The notes beneath the pieces were generated by a model. It was not told the DNA's origin and did no database searches. It saw only the letters and a list, made by a program, of their open reading frames with translations. A stretch of 59,258 nt of DNA, filler included, from Sluysia triapertura (taxonomy: Eukaryota): the NCBI GenBank assembly GCA_046118255.1. It is 5 parts of 5 records of this genome, joined end to end, with 100 filler letters (N's around TTAATTAATTAA, not from the genome) between each part and the next. Parts side by side here need not be neighbours in the genome. Positions count along the whole stretch, not along the records: positions 11,753 to 23,646 come from JBJNIA010159822.1; positions 23,747 to 34,682 come from JBJNIA010191296.1; 3 more parts are not named here. One strand, 5' to 3'. Below, one piece after another: positions 13,601 to 27,462 of the stretch (positions are counted from its first letter, which is position 1; every line of letters starts with the position of its first letter). Position numbers and translations under genes: made by a program.

Positions 13601-16491
13601 TGGATGTCTATTTACCTTGGTAATAGTAGTAATTAGCTATCGAGTATGATGAAAATTGTGATTTTAATTGTATGTGATCGTGAAAATGAATTTAAATAAC
13701 TGTAACAAATTTGAATTGTACATCTAATTTGGAAATTATTTCGTGCCGCTTGTAGCTTATCTACGAAACCTTAAATTACAATCGCTATTGGTTAGTTTGC
13801 TAATTTTTTCTTCACATTGGGTTCTAATAATTGATTGAAATTTTAAAGCAATATTTTACTTATGAATTTGATTAAGATTATTTTTCAAACAATAGAAAAT
13901 AAAATAGAAAAACTTTTATTGTTCTGTGAAAACCTAGTTTTGTTTTAACAAAGTTAGAATGAGCGGGTTTGATTTTTGTATTTTTTACCAACGTATGATG
14001 TAATGTAAATAAATTATTTATTAGATGTTAAAAACTAATTTTTTGCAATACCAAACAAATTTACTAATAATAACTTAATGAAAAATATCTGAAGTTTCTG
14101 CCGATTGAAAAGTATTCATTGTAACCTCATTTGAAAAGCGTTTTTAAATCATTTCACACTTGTATCAAAGTGATTGAAACAGCACTTTATGAAATTACAT
14201 ATTACGAAAGGAACCGAAAATATAACCGAATTGATAAAATGGTAGTAAACTAAAAGAACATAATGTAGGAATTCAAAAATTAACGTAGTACAAAATATTA
14301 AAGGTTGAAACCTATAAACACAATATTGGAAAAATGTGGCGGTTAAGAGGAGTTCTATTAAGAAATTATATGAACATTTTATTTTTTTTTATCATCCATT
14401 TGTCTAGTGTCAAATATTTTTAAAATCTAACATGTCGGGCTAGTCAAAGTATTTTTATTAATTGAATCGCAGAATAATATTCCTTTCCAGAAACACAACG
14501 TTATGAACGTCATTATTTAATGATTCTTTTTCATCATCATCATCTAACTTATATTAATTGTAAAAACTCCAGTATTTTCTTTGAAATTCTAAAATTACAA
14601 CATCTTCAATGTTCAAATTTTCAATGTTTTCAACAACAGTTTACAGGATAAATAATGTCCAATGAAAATTTTTTCATAAATAATTAATATTAAAACAATG
14701 TTTTCGTATCAAAAATAAAAATATTTTGTAAAGCATGTGGCCTTTAATGGAACTAACATCCGCGAGGAGTGTTCTATTATAATTTTTAAACTAACTAAAA
14801 ATTTGGCGTTTAGAACCAGGAATACTCCAATAAAACTGCTGAATCCAAAATACTAAGAGACAACAATCTATACAGAACATAGTTTTAAAATAGGTCCATT
14901 TATTCAACAATATTTTATTTTTAATATCATTTCAAGATCACAGAATTCAAACCTTTAAATTTAATATCAGGTTTGCTACTTGATCCTTTTATTAATCACC
15001 TTTCTGACATGTTATTACTGCGTGTTTATTTAGAATCGAGGCTCAGCATTTTTTCATATCTATTATTGGTCAAATCACAGTCGACACATAAAAGGCTTAG
15101 TCCGTATACATATCCGGGTTACACGGGGAAATACAATATAAATTAATTTTTTCCGAATACATCAATCAATTCTTGTTTTAAATGTTAATTAATAAGTTTT
15201 CATTTGATTTTTGTTTGGAAATTTTTACTATTAGTTTCATTAATAATATTATTCGTGCGGCAATCACCAAATACATAAGTCATAATAACCTATAAATAAA
15301 TTATGATCCATTTCAAAGTATTAAAACATTGGCGATCCGTAATATCAGTTTCTGAAGTGAGTTGGAACTATCAATTTCAAAGGAAAGTAGCTAGCTAACT
15401 AAATTAGTACAGATATTGCTTAATAAATAATTGAATGCAGAACTGTGGTAGTAAATACTATTAATTAAAGCACAATCAAAATAATATTTAACTGAACTGG
15501 TATCTAATTGGAAATGTTGCATATGATGAAGAGAAACTATCGAGCAAAATATCGAGTTATTATGAATGTTCTGAGCAGATAAAACGTGATACACGTTCTT
15601 TTTTTACAATATTAGCTTTTAGCAGGAAAAACTTAATGTGATTGTGTGATTTGTTAACACTCCGGATCATATTTAATATTTTTTAAACATTAATAGCATC
15701 CATGAAATTTGAAAATACATTCATTCGCTTTTAATAAGACTCAGAAAATTTGATTGGTTCCTTGATAGTTGTTGGAATCAGAATATAAATTTCCGAAAAT
15801 AAGAATTCAAGAAAAATCGAAAGCAAAAACTATCCAATATAAAAGGAAAAGCAGAAGAAAGGAAAAAATTAAAATAAGTTAAGAGAACTTATGGAAAAAT
15901 TTAACAAAAAGTATGAAGAAAGAAATTTTTAAAATAACAGTAATTACTGAGTAATTTTAAAATTTTGCACATTTATGACGTAAATTTTTATTTTAGAATA
16001 TATATTTTCGGAATTTCCATTTGCTCTTTTATTCGTGATCAGAACTGCCAATGTAACGTTTAATATCTTGAAGAATAAAAAATAATTGACGTCATCTGTT
16101 TTCTTGATGATTCTTACAGAACATTAGATTGAATAATTGATATTTATGACACCAATACATTCATTAACATTTTGTTGTTTTGAATATTGATTATGGCATT
16201 CTTTGTCAGTTTGCAAACCTGCTTATCACTCGGGTCCAAATTTCAAGTAATATTTTAAACGAAAATTATTTTGACTTTCTGATGTTATATAATAGACCAT
16301 CGTTTAAATTTTCTTATTTTATAGGTCCACTCGACAATCATGTCTCTTTATGTTGCTCAATTAATTAGACTGAATTAATCAGTTCCGTTGAATCCAAACG
16401 ATTAAATTCAATTAAATCCTGAATATTTTTGGAATAGTAGCAAATACAGATAAACCATTTTGCATTAGTTGACCAAATATAGTTTTATTAT

Positions 16492-16600
16492 TGTTGGAGT
16501 AAAGGTCAAAAGTGTCATGTGGAATTGTGATAATAATATTGACTATAATAAAATAAAATTGCTGGATGGGGCTGATAGTTCGGTGGGTAGAAGCCTAGTA
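16492..16600 (+). mobile_element. tRNA-containing LTR-like repeat lacking the tRNA 3' part
   Basis: ttat|TGTTGGAGTAAAGGTCAAAAGTGTCATG...TTGACTATAATAAAATAAAATTGCTGGAT GGGGCTGATAGTTCGGTGGGTAGA joined directly to the terminal motif GAAGCCTAGTA|taat. Confidence 0.65.
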
Positions 16601-17151
16601 TAATAACTAATTAAAGTGATTGTAATCTGATATCACTTTTAGATTAATGCGAATATGAAGTATAAATATTTAAATTTAACATTCGAAATTGTTTGGAAAT
16701 AAATTTAATTGGATCATTACAATCACATAAATTTTTTGACATTTTTTGCACATAGATTCACATGAAATATTAGTTCCTCTGTATGATGATCTAGTAAGTT
16801 TTTTTTATAAAACGAACTCATGTTAATGGTTTCGGTGATTGTGATAAAGTTAAAATATGAAGTGATGTTGATTCACAATTAAGTGATTTAGCGAATTTAG
16901 TATTTACTTGAATTGGATCAATGATACATTCTTGGAGCATTAATTATATATTGTCAGTTATTCGTCACATTCACTATTAAGTTTTATGTACGATAGGTCA
17001 TCATTACTATCATTGATTATTAACAATTTAATTATAATTATTTATTTTATACATAATACTGAATTATTTTTATCAACAAATATAATGCGTTGCTAAACTA
17101 AAAAGTTATTGATTATCATACTTTGTAATATTACAAGCATAATAATAATGG

Positions 17152-17231
17152 TGTTGGAATGCATGCCTAAAGTGCCATAGTATAATGATAATGTAATAAA
17201 ATATTATCAGTCCGTTTTATGAAGTCTAGGA
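17152..17231 (+). mobile_element. tRNA-containing LTR-like repeat with most of the tRNA deleted
   Basis: TGTTGGAATGCATGCCTAAAGTGCCATAG... joined to TCAGTCCGTTTTATGAAGTCTAG. Confidence 0.55.
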
Positions 17232-19592
17232 AGAATAATACCCGAAAGCATAAAATAAATATACAGAATAAAATTAGGTTAAAGAGGTCAGTGTTGAGAT
17301 TGATTTTGAAGTAGCTCTACAATAATTTAAATGCACACTTAGAACGAATGTATGTGAATGAAATACAAAATTTGATTATTCTTTTAACAAATACACAGAA
17401 TTTGCATAAATCGAAAATGAACAGTTATAATTAATGTAATAGCGATTGGAGACGATAATATGATTACATTAAAACAATATTAAATTTCAGATTGCAGTTG
17501 CGTGTAAATGTTAGTATTATCGTCATTTTTATGATTGAGATAATTTGTTGAATATTGAGTATTTGTGTTGTATTATTAGTGTTATCTATTTTTGTATGTT
17601 ATTTCTTTGGATTTAATACTTCTGTTAGGCTGTTTAAGGGTTTTATGATGGTACTACGAAAAGGGTACTGATTTAATTGTGGAAAATGAAGTAGTTTCCT
17701 GATAGTCTATGAGGATTGTTCTAATTTAGCATTTTGTGAGCACCGGAATTTGAATTTTCGAATGTAAACCAAATATGTGTCGCTCACTGTAAGGGCAAAA
17801 ACGCGTGAAGAATTGTTGTGGACTGGCATAGTATCGAGGTTTGAATTATATACCCGAATATGCGGTGAAAATATTTTCTTTTTTGGAATATTGTATCGAA
17901 GAGCTCGTGAGACATTCATGTGTTCGTCCAGAACACTATGGAACAATGTGGGATATTTTTCCAACCAAGGAGAATATTAAAGGTAGTGTTTTATTGATAA
18001 GAAACGATGTAAAGTCTTAAGTGTTCTATGAAAACGTTCTATCATCCCATTTTATTGTGGCTGACCGATTTGGGGTTCTGAGATTTGAACTTCCAAGATG
18101 TTTTAACAAATTTTTAAACATTTTAGACTCAAACTGTATTCTTTGATAGGTAATTCACTGTTACAAGAATGCAGGATTTAGTTTCTGCTGTGATTGATCA
18201 TAGAGAAAAAGCCTCAGCGAATAAACTTAATATCGAAGTTAAACTGGGCCAAATATCTAATATGAGAAGGATAAAAATTGATCATGCCAAATAATATTTT
18301 GAAAAAATAGCGTGAACATTATATGATTGTTGTATTCCATAGAATTGTTATCTGAATTACACAGTTCATTATGTTATAACAGAAAAATGGGAAACTTATT
18401 ATTCGTATTGTGATAGAGAAGGTGATATATGAAACATGCGGACAGTAAAATTCATTTCATTACACTCATCATTCTAGATCGCTTTACAAAAATATAAATT
18501 TGATAACTTATTCGACGATCCCACACATTGAATTATAATAAATGTTATGGAAAATATTATGCCGATTATGTTAAACAAGTAGACTCGCGTGACTACCGTT
18601 TTGCATTGGTTTCTCTTTTAGATTGTAAAATTTCTAAACACTAATCATAACTGACAAGCGGCTAAAGTGATTTCAATTTGGATAGAATTTATCTACATCT
18701 GGAGAATGTAGTCCACATAGAAGCTATTTGATATGTCTTTAAATTCTAAATAGAAATTGTCAAAGTGATATTAAACATGGTTTAAAGTCTCGACAACACG
18801 GAAAATCATTAAAGAACGTTGATAATGCTGATCAAGTCAATGGATATGTTACGAGAGAATCGGTAAGCAATGATTGAAAAGATGTAATTGAATTTTACGA
18901 TTTGACAGTTAACGGTAAAGTGAGGTAGTATAATAAGGAAAATCAATATAAAGTATGTGAAGCTCTTAAGGAAGAAAAAAGATGATTTTATTAATAAAAT
19001 GCAGAAAATAAATATTAAATAATGAATTTAATATTTACAAGAAGCAATATGCATGTTTTTTTGCTGAAGATAACAAAATAGGAGATCGATTTTAAAGTAT
19101 TTCTCTATTAAAAGTAAGTAGTATATATATCAGTTTTCTTTAAAAAATTCCTTAGCATTACCAAAAGTTAAAAGTATTGTAATCCAGCTAAGATTTTCTA
19201 CAACCTTTTTATTTTTATTATAGTATAATTAATTCAGTTGTGGGCTATTACACCCTTGCACTATTTATATGGGAAAATGTTTTCTTTACAATTCATATTA
19301 TGAACTTGTATTGGAAATTTTAAAATTATCGAATTGATATTTGAAACTTTACAAAATTTATGAATACTAAAATTAACGCAAGTTATTAAACATTTATTTA
19401 TTATAACCTTAACTAAAACGATGTAAAATTTTAGTTTGTTATTTCTTGAACAGACTATGTTGCTTACTTTGGAACATACTACGAATAAAATTATAATGCT
19501 CAAAATAAAAATCAAGAGTCAATTTTTAAACAAGCAAAATTTATCTTATGAAAGTCTTTGATAAGAAAATAGGATGGCCAAGACGATTTTTA

Positions 19593-20250
19593 TTTAAACA
19601 TTCCGGAGATTGGTACCAGCTTTTGGTCCATGTGCATACGGCAATGATCTGCATATTTGCCACATTGACCCGATAAGGTTTGATAATGACACCATGCACA
19701 TTCAAGATTCAATTTCCTATCTGAAAAATTGTTGACTATTTCATAAAACATTAGAAATCAATCCGAGTTTCAAACTAATTGCTTTTGGAGCATCATTTTA
19801 ATGATTAATAATTTGTCGACAATGAGATTCTATTTGTTTAATTTCACGTCTATCTGTTTTCGATGTGAATTAATTATAGGGATCTTTAGAAGATGAAAAG
19901 TTATTTAAAATATATTGAGAAATGAGTTAGCTTTTTATTACTCTGGTTACTTAATAAATCAATAAACTTTGTTTCATCATAATCATTGAGCATAACTTGA
20001 ATAGACATTTGAATTTCATCACGATCTTTTAGCACATACAATATACTCTTTAAAGCATGATTTATGTTTGTCTATTAAAGTTTTTTCTTTTTTACTTTAA
20101 TGAATCTTTAACTTGTTCTAATAACTGTGTTTTTAATGTATAACCGATAATTGTTGTGGTTTTTTAATAATTGTAATGTAAAGCACTTTCATCCACAAAT
20201 TAACAATGATTGGATGGCCAATCAGCAATAATGAATAATAGTAGTAGCAG
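19593..20250 (-). pseudogene. Decayed C2H2 zinc-finger gene fragment
   Basis: LECAWCHYQTLSGQCGKYADHCRMH (C-x2-C-x14-H-x3-H) at about 19700-19625; upstream frame has many stops. Confidence 0.5.
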
Positions 20251-22029
20251 TATCAATGTAATTAGCTTTAATTTAAAATAATTAAAATGCTATGACAGTG
20301 ACTATGATGATAATGAGAAATGTGAATTGATGATGGTGATGAGAATTGTGTGGTAATAATGATAGTACTAATTAAAATAGAAATAATGAAAATAATTATT
20401 AGTACTAGTAATAATTAATATTAATGTAAAAGTGAAGATAATAATAATAAGCACATAAATATCTGTCTTTTCTTTTAACATAAAAATCTTTAAATTCTTT
20501 TACCTTTCTTAACATATAAAAATGAAAATGATACTAATAAATAATAACGATAACAAAAATGGAAATAATAATAGTAATAATAAAATAAGAATGATAAAAA
20601 TGCATAAACTCTCATATTTACCTTTACTCTTTAAAATTCTTAAAATTATGAGAAAACAAAAGCTTATTAGGATATGCTGAAAAATATTTGTTGAAGGAGA
20701 ATTAAAAGAAAGTGACAACGTCGATGAAGGTGTTAAATTGTTACGTTTTTGATTGAATATAAATTATTTGGAATTCTTATACATCCTAAAGTCTGATTCA
20801 AATACCCTATAAATTAATTGTTGTAAACAACATTGATTTAAGATAACAGAAGTGTAAAAAGAAATTAATAAAGTTAGAAATGTAAAAAGAAATTCCATTC
20901 TAATTATAATGATGTTGATAATTTTAATGTTGAAAATTGTTAATGAAAAATGTGTAGAAATGTCTAAAATTTTAATGGTTTTGAAGGAATAATAGGTGAA
21001 ATGAGATGAAATGTGATTTTTAGTGTGAAGTGATGAATTTGAAATTTTAAGTGATAAGGTTGGCCACCACACCAATTATCTATTGTTTTAGTTTCTTGTA
21101 GGGTAAGATCAAGCAGACAGGTATTTACGAAACGTAATACAAGATCCAATAACTTTAAGTCTGGGATGAATTTATTCCATCGACTTGAGATAAATCGTGA
21201 CGGAAACGTAAACTTCATTTAAATTTATTAAGCGATCACTCATGTAACGAGCAAAAGATTAACAATGAATTATTCTTGAATTTGGGCTTCAATATTCAAT
21301 ATCATCATACAAATTCAGAGAATCACTAGTATCGTGCGGTTTTTTCTAGAATTTATGATTACAGCAACAATGGTTCACTTCACTATTTATTTTTAGACAA
21401 AACATCAACATATTTCTAATAAAATGTTAAGCAAACTTCAGTGCAATTTAACAAAATGTATCAAATAAACACACAACATCCATAAAACACAATTTTCATA
21501 ACACATATTTTAACAATGTAGTCTTAAAATAAAAATTTATCGTACTTGTTTAAATGTTATTACCAAAATTATTGTTAATAATATTATTCTTCATTTACTA
21601 ATTTTATGTCTTCTAAATCTTGTTAATTTTGTATCCGCATATATTAACGTAATTAGCCTCTGATATAAAGTATATAAAAAGTATACATAAAAAAAACCAA
21701 ACAGCAAATTAATGGATTGGAAAATGGTTATATCGTCAGCATACATAAATTCTCGGCGGGAGCACAGGTTTTCATTCGTAGTCCATCTAAGAAACACCCT
21801 CAGGCCTAGGCCCTATGGGGCTTCACCTAGTTACGGAATCTCCATTTATATATATATGTGTGTGTGTGTGTGTGTATGTTTTCCTCAATATTTCACTTTG
21901 ACTGCTTTTCTAATTTTTATGCTGGGTAATTCAATACGTTTTGTATCAAATGAAAGATCTCGTCAGTACGTTTAAATTAAAAATATTCCATTATAAAAAA
22001 ATCAATATTTATATTAATAAATTATGATG

Positions 22030-22570
22030 CACGATAAAGCAGTTATTTCTATTAATGTTAGTCAAAGTGTTGAGATGAGTAACGCTCTTGATTGTGTTGG
22101 ATATTCTCATTTAGATCCTATAAAAATAAAAGATTAATTTTTCGACGGAATTTACAGTTTTTTGACGAAACAACTAATAAACCAACAGTGATTGATGAAA
22201 TTCGAACTGAACCTTATAGAAATTTGTGGCATCCTAATTGACTGGTATAGAAAATGATTCTAATAATTTTAATGAATCAATAATTGATTCATTCGATGAT
22301 GAATGTAATTTAATTCCTGGTTTTATGTTAGCACATAGTTATGGAGGTAGTACAGATAGTGGTTGGAATTTCAATTATTCCATCAAATCGAATGGCATCG
22401 GTTTTAGACCCATGCAATTATGTTTTATCGTCTGTGTTTTCTGTACAGAATATAGCCTTTGTTATGGATAATGATTCATTATTTAGGTCACGTGCCAATC
22501 AATTTTTCATACATAAACATACATTTAATAATATAAATCCTGTTACTTGTCAAACTACAACGTCATGATT
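22030..22570 (+). pseudogene. Decayed cysteine-rich (PAN-like) coding fragment
   Basis: LIEICGIL / ...DSFDDECNLIPG ... CFIVCVFCTEYSLCYG, frameshifted. Confidence 0.3.
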
Positions 22571-23248
22571 TGAATCATTTAATCTTAATTAAGCTTTAAA
22601 AAAATCAAAAGCCGCTCAGACACTAACTTTGTAAAATTTTCAATTATTGTTCATGATAATATTGAGATATTATATGTACAAGATCGGCAATACATTATAA
22701 CATTGACTGACGATTGCACGATTTACGCTTCTTTTCCAAAATAACCTAAAATCTTGATTGAAGTTCCTAATATGCGAAACTAATAAAGATCCACATTTAA
22801 TTCCAAAATTATAACGTGAATTAATTTGAAAATATATTGTATATCTTAAAAATCATCATGATTCAAGTAATAAAATATCAAATTATGAAAGTGAGGCCAC
22901 TTATGATACTAATGTGTCGAATGTATATCTGGTTTGAACAAACATCTTAATAATTTGATTTATGACTCGAATATTATTAGAAGTACGATTGATGATTTAT
23001 CTTATCTTTGTTACGTTGTTTTGTCTTTTTTATTAAATCAACTTGCCCTTTAAATTTTGCAAAAGTTTGCCAGGCCTTAGCCAGCTTGTAATTCATCGAG
23101 AATTAAAAAAATAAAATTAAAATTTATCAATAAATTTACAATTAAATAAGTTTTTAAGTTTATTACATTTTTTAACATAAGTTATTATTACTCCTAACTA
23201 ATAGAAGCCACGTGAACTGTAAATAAATGAAGAATTTAAAGATGTAAA

Positions 23249-23408
23249 TGATGATGTATAAGCGTAAAGTGCTATTTAGAGCAATAATAGTATAATTGAC
23301 TATAATAAAATAAAATTGCTAGACGGGACTGATAGTTTAGTAATGAGCGTACCGAATTGGAAGCGGGTCCGAATCCCTGTAAGTAGTAGTTATTGGGTGG
23401 AATTTATA
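23249..23408 (+). mobile_element. tRNA-containing LTR-like repeat, diverged copy
   Basis: TAAAGTGCTAT...TTGACTATAATAAAATAAAATTGCTAGAC GGGACTGATAGTTTAGTAATGAGCG...GGGTCCGAATCCC; ends uncertain. Confidence 0.6.
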
Positions 23409-23646
23409 ACTGTCGAATTTGACTATCGAAATACAGTTAAGGCTTTTACACATAAAATTATGTTAATTTATTATTCCGCATTCATAATACTAGCCTTAAT
23501 TTTATAAATCGATTTTGTCGACTTTGTCTTTTCAATGTTATCTTTTTTAAATTAAATAAAATTATTTTCCATAAACTAAACAAAATTTGTACAAATTATG
23601 TTTTATGTACAAATTAGTAAAACTTCATCTGTCGTTTTATTTTAAT

Positions 23647-23746
23647 NNNNNNNNNNNNNNNNNNNNNNNNNNNNNNNNNNNNNNNNNNNNTTAATTAATT
23701 AANNNNNNNNNNNNNNNNNNNNNNNNNNNNNNNNNNNNNNNNNNNN
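23647..23746. other. Artificial contig linker
   Basis: Same N44-TTAATTAATTAA-N44 structure. Confidence 0.97.
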
Positions 23747-24166
23747 ACTAGAAATTAACCCGTAAATGCTTTTTTTCTCTTTATCAAAATTAGGATCACT
23801 TTGATATAGTTGTAAACTTGTAACTGTTGGATATCTGAAATAAAAAGTATTGTTCTTTTTTTAAATATAATAATAACAACAATCTATTAATATCTAGAAG
23901 CAACTTAAGTGACCAATAAATTATTTATTAAATAATACCTTTATAATGACATTTAAGTAAACAAACCTATATATAACTTTATACATGCTTCAGCTATCAT
24001 TTTTATTATAAAATATTTGAAAATATTTATATGCTAGTTTGAACTAATCAGTACTACTGTTAAAGATTTACGTTCTGAAGAGTTAAGATAATCTTATTCT
24101 GTTGTGTGTAATGTGCATTTTTAAAATTTTTAAATTTATAATTTTTATATACATTCTTAATCCAAT

Positions 24167-24212
<46 letters not shown>

Positions 24213-24221
24213 TAATAATAA

Positions 24222-24585
24222 TTTATTTTAAGGTAAATCAATATTTGTTTAAATTGTCAAATCAAATTCTTCTTTTGGAAATATTTCCAGCATATCCAAC
24301 GGAACTCAACAAATAAATATTCATTTCATTGCCCCACACTATATGGTTCTCTCTTCCTTCCCTGGAGTATAATAAATTGTATATTTCTTAAAAAATATTA
24401 CAATTATTTCTTTAACGATTTCTTTCTATGGTTTTATAATCCACAAGCATAGTGTATGGTTCTACTTTACACATCCGGCCTGTAGATGTATTGTCTTATT
24501 TACACCGACACAATTATATTGCGTCATAGCATATGCACTAAATGACTGTCTTAATAAACCAATTTTTGGATACGAAATATTTGTT
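24222..24585 (-). mobile_element. Decayed non-LTR retrotransposon 3' end with (ATT)n tail
   Basis: Minus frame DNTSTGRMCKVE...MLVDY (degenerate zinc knuckle); runs into the AAT microsatellite at 24169-24221. Confidence 0.4.
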
Positions 24586-24738
24586 TAATATAATTAATAA
24601 TATTTAAACAATAATATAGTTTATTTATTATACATATGAAAAAATGATTTCAGAAATTAAAAGATTGGAATTATACATAAATGCGATTATAATGTATGAT
24701 GCGCTGAACAAGATATTGACCTAGACAAGGCAGAATAA

Positions 24739-24800
<62 letters not shown>
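24739..24800. repeat. (AAT)n microsatellite
   Basis: Direct reading. Similar tracts at 24169-24221, 34606-34682, 47893-47934, 48128-48189, 58252-58303 and 59184-59243. Confidence 0.98.
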
Positions 24801-27462
24801 GAATCAAGAAATGCTGACGTTATTGCAGGAGATTTATGTTTATGAATGTTGCAATCTGTTTGATAAAGAAAAAGCAACATATCTTAACATTTATATCACA
24901 ATGTAACATTAGAAATACTGTCCTTCAATAGATAAGATCATATCTTTAAAGGTTAAACTTATTTTTAAGTCTTAAAAATGAATTTTATTACATTACTCGT
25001 AGTTACTATAGTTACCATCTAACAAACTTAAATATTTGCTTATAAATTTTAAATTTTAAGTACAGATTCGTGCTTAATATATAATACTATAAACTTAATC
25101 AAAGAAGCATCAATTTGTTTAAGTATTATATTATTTGTTAAATTCGGATTTTCTATTTATTTCTATCCAGCTACAAGAAGATTTGATGTTCTTATTTGAA
25201 GAATCCGTAAAATCTACTTTGAATGTTTATATAATTATAAATCAAATGGATTTAAAATTTTATAAGAATGGTTTATTTCATTCATTTATAAGCGAAAACT
25301 AATTATTTCAATTAAAAAGGAAACTTTATTTTAAAGAATTCCAATAAAAGTAAGAGTAAAATACAAAATCATGACAACAATTTATAAGTATTTACTTTGT
25401 AGAAGTCTTAAATATTTAAAAATTTATTACAGGCTACCAGAAAAGGTCATGCCAATGGAAGATAATGAAAATGAAGACAAAGTCCTTTCTATTTCGGAAT
25501 TAATTTAAAGATTGACATTCTAGATGCTTTTTAATACTTATTCCACAATAAATATCGCTCTATAAAATATTATTATTATATAATGTATTTTGAAAAATAA
25601 ATCTTACGTACTTCTGAATATCCTGCATTAAAATACTAGAAGAATTAGTTGTAGTGGAGCTTATTTGACAATCTTGAGTTTTTAAATCATCAATTTTATC
25701 AATATTGTCGTTATTTTGTTGTTGTTGTTGTATTTTGGATAACGATGTCTTATTAGATTTTAAAATATCCGTGGTCGATATGATTACCGGGTTATTACAG
25801 CAATAATTATTATATGGTTTAATATTTGCTTTCTGTATAACAGTAGCCAGATTTAAATAAATGATTCAGTGTTTTCTTTTGGTGCAGTTTAGTTTTATTA
25901 TTCAACTTTGATTCCAAATACGATTTAGAAATAAATAATAAAGTAAAAATAATTTGAATTAGCTGAATAAATATAGAAAAAATAAACATTTATTATTATT
26001 AATAATTAATAATAATACTTAATTATATTCTAATAAAAATTTACTGAACAAACCTTTCTTTTGAAATAATATCCAATAATTAAATTAATAATTATTATTA
26101 AATAATTATTATAAAAAATGTAGACAGTAAGTTGGATTATATTGTAACACTATATTTCATTGAATTTTATTGGTCAATTTTACTTGATTTCAATTTTAAT
26201 TGGCTTACTGAAATATTATTGGATCATCGGCCGATTGGATCATATTTGCATATAAATTTCATGTTGCAGTTGTACTACAATTTTAATTATTATATATAAT
26301 TTTATTTAGTTTGCTATAATTTTATAAAATATTATTATTATAATTATTATAAGTAGATACACACATGCAGATTGTAAAATTTAAAATTATATTTTGATTA
26401 TAATCATAATAATTATTATTATGATAATTTTTTATAATTGAAATAATACAAAGCATCCTTACATGTTAAACAGGTGTAAAAATTTTATTTTCCATCCACA
26501 CTCCAATCAAGTACTAAAAATAGTAAATCAGCGTGTGATTTTATTTTGATTTATCATTTAATTAAAATTGTCAATTAAATGTTACAAATAGATATTAATA
26601 AATATATATAAAACTGAAATTAATAAGCGAAAATGTATTACAATTTTATAATTATTATGGTTTTTTATTAAGATGTCGTTTTTACTGTTTCATCACGCAA
26701 GATGCTATTTTAATGTTTAACTACATAATTGAGAAATCAGAGAAATTATCAGATAATCTTCTTGAATGACATAATTTCAAATACAAGTTGCTTCTGGTTC
26801 ATTTTTGTCAAGAAAAACACTTTTAGTAACAATAATGACACAAAAGTTATTGTGAAAAATTGATGAATTATAAAACAAGACTGATTGATTACATTTTGAC
26901 TAAAAAAATATTATTTTATAATTTTTTTAAATAAAAGTCGAGTCAAATAGAAAAATAAATATTGTGTTATGCATTTAAAAACTGCCTATTAAAATGATTG
27001 CAATATAAACTAAAATTTGAGCCCTCATATCTTTTGCTCTTCTTTGTTAAGTATGTGAAAGTTTTAAATGAGTGATATTTATCAAAGTTTTGTTCACATT
27101 AATAAAAGTCTTTGAATCAGATAGTTACATTATAAATACAGTGTCAAATCTGTACGAAAACTCAATGTATTGATATGTTTGATCTATTTGGTAGGCTGCC
27201 GCATTTCAATAGATTTAAAATTCAAAATATACTTTTCTCAACATATAAACATTTATAAACACATTATGGCTTTATTATCAAAATTTGTGTAGATAATTAG
27301 ATGGACTTTTTATTTGAATATATCTTAGTGTGTTAACTGCTTTGAATAAATAAAGTCAAATGAATTTTGTCAGAAAGTTTTATTAATATATAAAATTAAT
27401 TTTTAATTAAAGAATTATGTATGGTGAATATAAATGATTAGTTTGATACCATATTTATATGA

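Noticed and set aside
23747-23775. Helitron 3' end (ACGGG...CTAGT on the minus strand)
   Set aside because: Only half of the hairpin is present and it abuts a gap.
24671-24880. Poly-Tyr ORF (and poly-Ile ORF 34461..34730)
   Set aside because: Translations of AAT microsatellites, the latter running into Ns.
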